From an archaeon (lineage in GTDB: Archaea > Asgardarchaeota > Thorarchaeia > Thorarchaeales > Thorarchaeaceae): DNA of 32,000 bases. Of the stretch, positions 25,356 to 32,000 are shown piece by piece. The DNA lies in assembly GCA_024275415.1 (NCBI GenBank), contig JAJRZD010000051.1, positions 60,001-92,000 of the forward strand. Direction: 5' to 3'. Position 1 is the stretch's first letter, and each line of letters starts with the position of its first letter. A model generated the notes under the pieces. It saw only the letters and a list, made by a program, of their open reading frames with translations. It did not search any database and was not told the DNA's origin. The position numbers and the translations under genes were made by a program.

Positions 25356-26279
25356 CTACTGCAAACGCGAACTCATTTTCTGTGCAAGCTGTCCTAGTTC
25401 ATACGCAGACTTGCCGAAGATGTATAAGATAGGTTCCACTCCGACGCCACCAGGGACATTAATCCCCAACGTCCCCTTGGGACTTGAGGTTCTAGTCTTG
25501 AAGACCTGTTTTGCAATCTCATCGACTTCACTGACTGAAGTATCCAAAGATATTATCCGGACGCCTTCATTCCTTGCCACATCGATGACAATGTCTTTCC
25601 CGCTAAGACACAAGCATGCTCTATAGCGCGACCAGCGTTTCTTGACTTGCAGCAATAAAGAGGCTGTATGCCTAGAAGCTCCGAATTGGGGAGCTACAAA
25701 GGCTCTTGCCTTTCCATCCACCAGTGTAATCCTCCCCGGAACGCCAGCGACATCTTGTATTCCCTTTGCGTCCTTTGGACATGCCACAAGATTCGCCCTA
25801 ACTTCAGGTACAAGAAGGGAAAACCCCTTGGAGTCTTGAATGACATGAAGTGCTCTCTGGATATCCAGAATGACCATCGAACGAGCACTCAGCTCGACAT
25901 CAGAGCCCCCAATGAGCTCCGAACAGATCGAACAATCCTCTTCTTCGAGAAACGGGTAAGAGCGTTTGTGCATCAGGCATATTTCCGACCCGACCCTCAA
26001 AGACATACAGGTGCTACACACTTCTTTCAATATCTTTGATTTAGAATGTGATTCGTTAACAAGCTGGTCTACCAAGCGTTCTGCAAGGCTCTGAGCCTCT
26101 GTGTCAATTCTCCGTTTTCCTTCGTGCTGGCGCATGTATTTGCTTACAGCTGCTTGGGTCAAATCAAGTCGCTCTGCGATCTCGACCTGCGACAGTCCTC
26201 GCTCACTGAGCAGTCGTGCCAATGTTCCTCTGAGCGAAGGAAGGAATTCACGTTGTACAATCTCACATGGGGGACGCAA
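25356..26279 (-). CDS. thiR: ThiR-type thiamine-responsive repressor (HTH + Cys/His cluster + ThiN domain)
   Basis: RPPCE...SQVEIAERLDLTQAAVSKY HTH, CxxC..C..H..CxxC, and ThiN motifs PEVRANL, DVAGVPGRI and FGASRH. GGAGG lies 7 nt before the TTG at 26279. Divergent from a thiamine ABC transporter. Confidence 0.85.
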   Translation of the reverse strand: MRPPCEIVQREFLPSLRGTLARLLSERGLSQVEIAERLDLTQAAVSKYMRQHEGKRRIDTEAQSLAERLVDQLVNESHSKSKILKEVCSTCMSLRVGSEICLMHKRSYPFLEEEDCSICSELIGGSDVELSARSMVILDIQRALHVIQDSKGFSLLVPEVRANLVACPKDAKGIQDVAGVPGRITLVDGKARAFVAPQFGASRHTASLLLQVKKRWSRYRACLCLSGKDIVIDVARNEGVRIISLDTSVSEVDEIAKQVFKTRTSSPKGTLGINVPGGVGVEPILYIFGKSAYELGQLAQKMSSRLQ

Positions 26280-26318
26280 TGCATGGCCTCCAAGGCAATC
26301 TATATATGATGGTTCCTT

Positions 26319-26350
26319 GTTATAACTCTGTTGTATAACAGCGATATAAC
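26319..26350. promoter_or_regulatory. Candidate ThiR operator overlapping divergent thiR/thiB promoters
   Basis: Two overlapping TATAAC-N3-GTTATA-like palindromes: TATAACtctGTTgTA (26321-26335) and TATAACagcGaTATA (26334-26348). A third TATAAC half-site lies at 26345-26350. Confidence 0.6.
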
Positions 26351-26362
26351 TATTCGGTTGTG

Positions 26363-27487
26363 ATGAACATGTCTGCTTATTCAAGCCATAGAAATCCAAA
26401 AGTGACTATAGCTGCGATAGCAATCGCGGTTGTCATCATTGTAGGTGCATACGGGTTAGTGTTCTGGCAGGCCCCTAAGCCAACGCTCACAGTCTACACC
26501 TACGATAGTTTCATGCTTTGGGGAAGTGATCCCGACAATATCGATGAAACAGTCTTCGGGCCATTTGAGGACGAATACGGCATCGAAGTGAGGATCGAAC
26601 GACTCAATACAGATGCCAACGGCATTATCTCCAAATTGGTCGCCGAGCAGTCCAATCCTGTTGCAGATGTGGTCATCGGCATCGATAACATCCTCATTTT
26701 GCAGGCTCAAGCAAAGCAGGTTCTGGAACAATATACACCCTCCAACATCGACTTGGTTGAGCATTCCATCATTGATGCATTAGATCCCGACCACTATGTT
26801 ACACCATTTGACTTCGGTCTTGTGACGCTTATCCATAGAACATCAGAATTGAATGCAACTGTAAATCCGGGAATCGAGAACCTCACACTTACCAACTTGG
26901 TAGATATGGCGTCTATGCTTGTGACTGAGAACCCACATTTCAGTAGTCCAGGACTCTCATTCCTCTTGAGCCAGATAGCGGTCTATGAAAAGCTCATGAA
27001 CGCAGATTGGCGTGATTGGTGGCGTGCGGTCAAGGACGACATCGATGTGCAAGAGGGATGGACCGAGGCATGGACAAAATGGGACAGTGACTCCGCTCGC
27101 AAGATACTGGTAAGCTATGGCACAGACCCAGCCTATGATGCATCTTGGACAGGTGGCGCTCCTGATACAGCTGTCGCACCAATCTATTATGATGGCGTGG
27201 ATTATGCATGGATGCAGGTTGAGGGGATTGGTCTTGTGAAGAATGGACCGAATCCTACCCTCGCCAAGGCGTTCATAGACTACTGCCTCACAGCCGCTGT
27301 CCAAGACAATATTGCTCTCAACCAGTGGATGTTCCCTGCCAATACCAACGTTGAACTCGACCCAGTATTCGACTACGCACTGCAACTAGACGATGTTAGC
27401 CTTTTGAACGAGCTGCTGACAGGAACTGAGATAGCGACAAACCTCGAATCATGGCTGAATGCCTACGACGAGATCATGTTGGGATAG
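26363..27487 (+). CDS. thiB: Thiamine ABC transporter substrate-binding protein
   Basis: N-terminal membrane anchor, LTVYTYDSF, GIDN, PFDFG, SSPGLSFL, GWTEAW, VSYGTDPAY, QVEG and QWMFP. Confidence 0.88.
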   Translation: MNMSAYSSHRNPKVTIAAIAIAVVIIVGAYGLVFWQAPKPTLTVYTYDSFMLWGSDPDNIDETVFGPFEDEYGIEVRIERLNTDANGIISKLVAEQSNPVADVVIGIDNILILQAQAKQVLEQYTPSNIDLVEHSIIDALDPDHYVTPFDFGLVTLIHRTSELNATVNPGIENLTLTNLVDMASMLVTENPHFSSPGLSFLLSQIAVYEKLMNADWRDWWRAVKDDIDVQEGWTEAWTKWDSDSARKILVSYGTDPAYDASWTGGAPDTAVAPIYYDGVDYAWMQVEGIGLVKNGPNPTLAKAFIDYCLTAAVQDNIALNQWMFPANTNVELDPVFDYALQLDDVSLLNELLTGTEIATNLESWLNAYDEIMLG

Positions 27488-27500
27488 ATGAGGCGATTGG

Positions 27501-29147
27501 ATGAGAAGGGGAGGTGCCTTAAGGTCATCCTTGATGCTAATCCCCTTCATCCTTTTGATTGGGTTCCTAGTATATCCTGTTGCAATCGTCCTGATCCAAG
27601 GGCTGTTACAGCCTACGGGGTCATCCTTCCAAGAGGTAGTCGGCTCGTCGTTGACACAACGGATTATCCTGTTCACTGTTGGGCAGGCACTGGTCAGTAC
27701 AATGGTGGCGATGGTACTTGGAGTGCCAGGAGCCTTTGTCTTGACCAAGCTCCAGTTCCGGGGGAAGAATACGACCCGTGCATTGATGACCGTGCCCTTC
27801 ATACTTCCACCAATTGTCGTGGTCGTAGGGTTCCTAGAGGTGTTCGGACCAGGAGGCATCATAGACTCGATCTTGATGGCACTGCTCGGTTCAGATACAT
27901 CCATGTTCAACATCGCTACTGGGTACATCGGCATTATATTGGCTCATGCGTTCTACAATGCCCCTTTGTTCATACTCATGGTATCGGCATCTCTAGAAAG
28001 GCTGAACCCGGATATCGAGGAAATGGCTCAGATTCACGGGGCCACGTTCACTCAGAGGTTGAGAAGAATTATCGTCCCTCATATCAGGATCTCGATCCTA
28101 GCAGCATCCATTCTCACATTCCTTTTTAGCTTCATGTCATTCCCCATAGTCCTCGCTCTTGGAGAGGGAAGCTTCATGACAATTGAGGTTCAGATATGGA
28201 ATGCCTTCAGGTTCTTTGATTATGGCGAGGCTGCATCCCTTGCAATCATCCAGTTGCTAATCACCATGACGCTTGCTTATGCATACATTAGGACAGGGGT
28301 TCGAGAAAGAGAGGTGACCGGCAGAACCTCATATGTTCGAACGGTGAACATCGCTGACCTCTCTACCCCCACAAAGATCCTTCTCATAGTATACTCTTCG
28401 ATCCTGTTGATTCTGCTTGTCGGACCAATCCTTGCTATCATCCGTTCGGCGGTATATGACCCGAACACTCATGTCCTGACATTGCGAGGCTTTGAAAGCT
28501 TGCTCAACCCAGGAATGGATGGCGGCTTGATTCCGATGGTAAATTCATTGTTCTACGCCAGCCTTGCAACAGTCTTCTCAGTCATCCTTGGACTCCTATT
28601 AGTCTTCTCACAACAATCCAAGATGAGATTGATTCCAGACCTTACATCAATGGTCACGCTATTACCGCTTGGGGTTTCTGCCATTACCATCGCCTACGGA
28701 TTGATGATCGCTATAGCTGTGCCCTTGGGTCTAAGTACCAATCCCTGGCCACTGATTGTGGTCGCCCAGACGTTGATAGGTGTGCCATTCAGCGTTCGGG
28801 CAATCGAGATTACACGATCCAAAATCGACCCAGCAATTCTCGAACAGGCAGAATCCCTAGGAGCCAGTGCATTGCATAGAGTGTTCTTCGTTGAACTGCC
28901 CTTGCTCGCACCAGGCATTCTCGTGGCAGGGTTCTTTTCCTTTGCTATGGCGATAGGTGAGATGTCGGCCACGATATTCCTTGCACGTCCTGAGAACTTC
29001 ACCCTCGCAATCATAATCTATAGGTATTTATCGGTAAGGAAATTCGTTGAGGCTGGTGCAGCATCACTTTTCCTCGTGGTTATGTGTGTGGCAGCGTTCA
29101 TCATAATGGAACGCATCTCTGAGAATGGATATGGAGGCACAGTCTGA
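27501..29147 (+). CDS. thiP: Thiamine ABC transporter permease (duplicated ABC TM domains)
   Basis: Two EAA-type loops (EEMAQIHGA, EQAESLGA), PFILPPIVV, LAHAFYNAP and GEMSAT. Located directly after thiB. Confidence 0.85.
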   Translation: MRRGGALRSSLMLIPFILLIGFLVYPVAIVLIQGLLQPTGSSFQEVVGSSLTQRIILFTVGQALVSTMVAMVLGVPGAFVLTKLQFRGKNTTRALMTVPFILPPIVVVVGFLEVFGPGGIIDSILMALLGSDTSMFNIATGYIGIILAHAFYNAPLFILMVSASLERLNPDIEEMAQIHGATFTQRLRRIIVPHIRISILAASILTFLFSFMSFPIVLALGEGSFMTIEVQIWNAFRFFDYGEAASLAIIQLLITMTLAYAYIRTGVREREVTGRTSYVRTVNIADLSTPTKILLIVYSSILLILLVGPILAIIRSAVYDPNTHVLTLRGFESLLNPGMDGGLIPMVNSLFYASLATVFSVILGLLLVFSQQSKMRLIPDLTSMVTLLPLGVSAITIAYGLMIAIAVPLGLSTNPWPLIVVAQTLIGVPFSVRAIEITRSKIDPAILEQAESLGASALHRVFFVELPLLAPGILVAGFFSFAMAIGEMSATIFLARPENFTLAIIIYRYLSVRKFVEAGAASLFLVVMCVAAFIIMERISENGYGGTV

Positions 29148-30208
29148 TGGTCAATGTGACAATTGATGGGATGTGGAAGGAATTCTCAGATGGAACCGCA
29201 ATAGGGCCAATCGATCTTGAAGTCAGAGACGGCGAGTTGATTGTGCTCCTTGGACCCAGCGGGTCGGGAAAGACCACGACGCTTCGGATGGTTGCGGGGT
29301 TCATTCGCCCGGATCGAGGAAGGCTGTTGTTCGATGATGTCAATGTCATGCATGTCCCACCAAATGAGCGAAAGATTGGAATGGTTGTCCAATCAGTGGC
29401 ACTTTTCCCGAACATGGATGTCTTCCAAAACATAGCATTCGCACTTGAAGTGAGAGAATGGCCGCACGAAAAGGTGGTAAGGAGAGTAGAAGAACTGTCC
29501 GACCTAGTTGGGATCCGAAACCTCCTGCATAGAAAAATTACCGAGATCAGCGGTGGCGAAGGGCAACGGGTTGCATTGGCTAGAGCACTGGCCCACGGGC
29601 CTGAGCTGTTGTTGTTGGACGAGCCTCTTTCTGCACTAGATCCCAACCTTAGAGAAAGCCTTCAGATGGAGATCCGACGCATCCAGAAAGAGCTGCGGGT
29701 CACTACTATTTACGTTACTCACAACCAAGACGAGGCATTCGCGATTGCTGACCGGATCGCTGTCCTGAACGAAGGAGTCATCAACCAGGTCGGGACACCC
29801 TCGGATCTTTACGACCGCCCCTTGAACAGGTTTGTGGCCACCTTTCTTGGAAGAGGAAGCATCCTGGGTGGAGAAGTGACCAGTTGCGATGACAAGGGGT
29901 TCGAGGTCTCATTCGATGGACAAACTATGCACCTCCCAGGATATCAAGAGGTCGGCAATATCATTGAACTCTCAGTGAAGCCCGAAGACATCACAGTTAC
30001 AAGGTTCGGTGATGACGGACTTGAAGCCACAGTGGAGTCCATTGTATCTCAGCCCGGACGATATAGGGTACAGCTGAAGATAGGAAAGCATAGCCTTCAC
30101 ACCTTCATCTCAGCCAACACCCTGCCAGAACAGTTCCGTCCCGGTGAAAGGATCCGCATCACAATTGACCCGATGGAAGTTGCCATTCTAGCGGATACGA
30201 GTCCCTAG
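29147..30208 (+). CDS. thiQ: ABC transporter ATP-binding subunit (thiamine uptake, TOBE-containing)
   Basis: GPSGSGKTT, ISGGEGQRV, LLLDEP and VTH. The start overlaps the thiP stop (TGATG). Confidence 0.85.
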   Translation: MVNVTIDGMWKEFSDGTAIGPIDLEVRDGELIVLLGPSGSGKTTTLRMVAGFIRPDRGRLLFDDVNVMHVPPNERKIGMVVQSVALFPNMDVFQNIAFALEVREWPHEKVVRRVEELSDLVGIRNLLHRKITEISGGEGQRVALARALAHGPELLLLDEPLSALDPNLRESLQMEIRRIQKELRVTTIYVTHNQDEAFAIADRIAVLNEGVINQVGTPSDLYDRPLNRFVATFLGRGSILGGEVTSCDDKGFEVSFDGQTMHLPGYQEVGNIIELSVKPEDITVTRFGDDGLEATVESIVSQPGRYRVQLKIGKHSLHTFISANTLPEQFRPGERIRITIDPMEVAILADTSP

Positions 30209-31950
30209 AGGGGGATAGACGCACCAAAGCACTCCTCCAACTCTCGGAGAACCTTCCTCTTGATTTCCATTACATTGGTACCTTTACATTCTATGACCAG
30301 ATCTTGAAGAACTCCATTCTTTCGGTCATAGGTCAAAGTCACTGTTGCCTTTTCTATCTCGCTAGCATCGAACAGGTAGTGCGTACGGACGACCTCGCGC
30401 TTGTCCTGGACTTCTTCATCCACAGAAACTACCACCTTGTCGGCCAAATATCCCTCGATCTTTGCTGGGTCGCATCTTATGTTCAGTGATTGCCGGATCA
30501 TATGTTCTTTCTCAATCCTTCGACCCAGAAAATCCATGGCCTTCTTCAGACCTATAACTATCACTACCCACAGTATTATTGCACAGAGAAAGAATAGCAG
30601 AGGATATTCCAATGAGAGTTGTGCAAGTGGAGTGGTATACTCACCGGTGAAGGCCATGATGATATCGAAGGCAATAGTCCCCGATAGGACAAGCTGAATC
30701 ACATCAAGCACATCACCTGTCCGCTCACTGGCCTTGATGACCTCGCTAGTACTTCGGGTATTGTCACGCAGGGCACTGTATAGGCGACGCATCTGCTGCT
30801 CGATCTGAGTCGATAACAGAGTTTGAAGCCCTTCGACCTCACTCCTGATGCTATTCAGAACCAAGTCTATGTCGCGGATGCGGTTGAGTAGTGCCATGAA
30901 GCCATCGTCTATCGCAACTAGTGAGAGAAGGTCTGAGTCAATACTATCCTTTGATTTGCTCCATTGTTCATTTATCAGACCAAAACCGCGATCCAGATAA
31001 CCCCCTGTTGAATTCAGGATTGTATAATTAGCAGTTGCCTCGGTCAAGAGATTCTGGGCTTTAGTAATTACCGAGTAGTCGCCTTCTGTTGACCGCTCAA
31101 TGAGGTTTCTGGCTTCATTCAACTCATCATTCAGAAGGGATATCCTGTTGAACAGTGCATCAACGAATAGCTCTGCGCTTCTAAGTAAGCAGTAGTAAAT
31201 GACGAGGGATTCGTATTTCCGCCAATCAGGAGAAACAAGGAGTATCCCACCCTCGCCAATCATGATAAGGGTTCTATCTGTCGAAACCTCCTGCACGCTT
31301 CGGATATCATCCAGCACCTGCTCCAACTCGTTCTGGTAATCCTCGCCATCAAGGTATAACGAGACCTCGTCAAACGCTGGAGAGATTGAGGAGGCGATGA
31401 GCCCTACGAATTTGTATCTATTGTTGGCGGTTCCTTTGAAGACACAGTCCAAGATGCTTCGTTGATGATGTGTCAACAGAGTATCTATGAGCAGCGACGA
31501 GTCATACATGATATCTGGGATTACTCGTGAGATGAGGTCTAGAGAAGCAGTTGGGTCTTTGCCAATCTCTTTCCCTGTAATGTGTGTGATGCGGCATCCA
31601 TAGATCATGTTCCCCTCGTGGCTGAGGCGCATCCCTATCATCTCGTCCTGCACAATCGTATCTTCAGGATCCTGCATTGTTGCCTCGCATTGTATATACT
31701 CGGATGGCTTGTACTCGATGATTCGAACAGCACTACACTTCTTTTCGGATTGGAAAATTGCACGCTCCGGCCAGCTGTCCATCAACATCGTTACGAATTT
31801 ACCTTGCATGGATTTCTTGGCCATCAGTTTCTGATTGATAGACTCCAAGCTGTTCCGGTCACAGGGGATATACTCACTGAGGATCAACCTCACATCGCCC
31901 AGCTTGACGAATTCCTCCAGCTCATCTTTGATCTGACTTTTTGATGTCAC
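30205..31950 (-). CDS. Uncharacterised membrane protein with CorA/2-TM-like architecture
   Basis: An N-terminal alpha/beta region, a long helical stalk, two closely spaced TM helices and a small C-terminal alpha/beta domain. No GMN motif. AGGAGG upstream favours GTG 31950 over TTG 31974; an in-frame stop at 31996-31998 shows the gene is complete. Confidence 0.65.
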   Translation of the reverse strand: MTSKSQIKDELEEFVKLGDVRLILSEYIPCDRNSLESINQKLMAKKSMQGKFVTMLMDSWPERAIFQSEKKCSAVRIIEYKPSEYIQCEATMQDPEDTIVQDEMIGMRLSHEGNMIYGCRITHITGKEIGKDPTASLDLISRVIPDIMYDSSLLIDTLLTHHQRSILDCVFKGTANNRYKFVGLIASSISPAFDEVSLYLDGEDYQNELEQVLDDIRSVQEVSTDRTLIMIGEGGILLVSPDWRKYESLVIYYCLLRSAELFVDALFNRISLLNDELNEARNLIERSTEGDYSVITKAQNLLTEATANYTILNSTGGYLDRGFGLINEQWSKSKDSIDSDLLSLVAIDDGFMALLNRIRDIDLVLNSIRSEVEGLQTLLSTQIEQQMRRLYSALRDNTRSTSEVIKASERTGDVLDVIQLVLSGTIAFDIIMAFTGEYTTPLAQLSLEYPLLFFLCAIILWVVIVIGLKKAMDFLGRRIEKEHMIRQSLNIRCDPAKIEGYLADKVVVSVDEEVQDKREVVRTHYLFDASEIEKATVTLTYDRKNGVLQDLVIECKGTNVMEIKRKVLRELEECFGASIPL

Positions 31951-32000
31951 TCTTGATATCCTCCTTTTATTCAAGGGATGGAAAATACGGCTCGGTCAAA

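Noticed and set aside
26280-26362. TPP riboswitch upstream of thiB
   Set aside because: The gap is only 83 nt, AT-rich and lacks the conserved aptamer core (e.g. CUGAGA). The adjacent ThiR explains regulation.
27488-28129. 213-aa ORF starting right after the thiB stop
   Set aside because: The permease motifs and TM helices are in the 27501 frame, and this frame is not protein-like.

Overview
Archaeal chromosomal window. The gene set (thermosome, Rpo6, AK6/Fap7, Ard1, MEMO1, ThiR) plus a TPR-longin-type protein points to an Asgard archaeon, possibly Thorarchaeia; this taxonomy is inference. There are four blocks. (1) 1-~4290 is a lower-GC accessory segment: a 5'-truncated helical-repeat/longin-like/winged-helix protein and two convergent, secreted Zn-phospholipase C/P1-nuclease-fold paralogues, each flanked by hairpins. 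An orphan m6A methyltransferase follows. (2) 6120-16060 is housekeeping: AK6, a membrane-anchored HhH protein, Ard1, a DUF89 phosphatase, thermosome, an unusual HhH-Rpo6 fusion, MgtC/DUF4010, hisS and MEMO1. (3) 16104-22728 is a tightly coupled minus-strand unit: a glycyl radical enzyme (GRE) whose active-site signature I cannot assign, its activase, a tandem split-barrel flavin-binding-type protein, a GNAT, an ACT protein and an MFS transporter. (4) 22860-32000 holds an Ig-like surface glycoprotein, a GNAT, thiR divergent from thiBPQ with a candidate palindromic operator, and an uncharacterised CorA-architecture 2-TM protein. I saw no rRNA, tRNA, CRISPR array or transposase. The best leads for new biology are the GRE/split-barrel locus, the HhH-Rpo6 fusion and the TPR-longin-wHTH plus secreted phospholipase island. 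All family calls come from motif recognition by eye, with no database searches.
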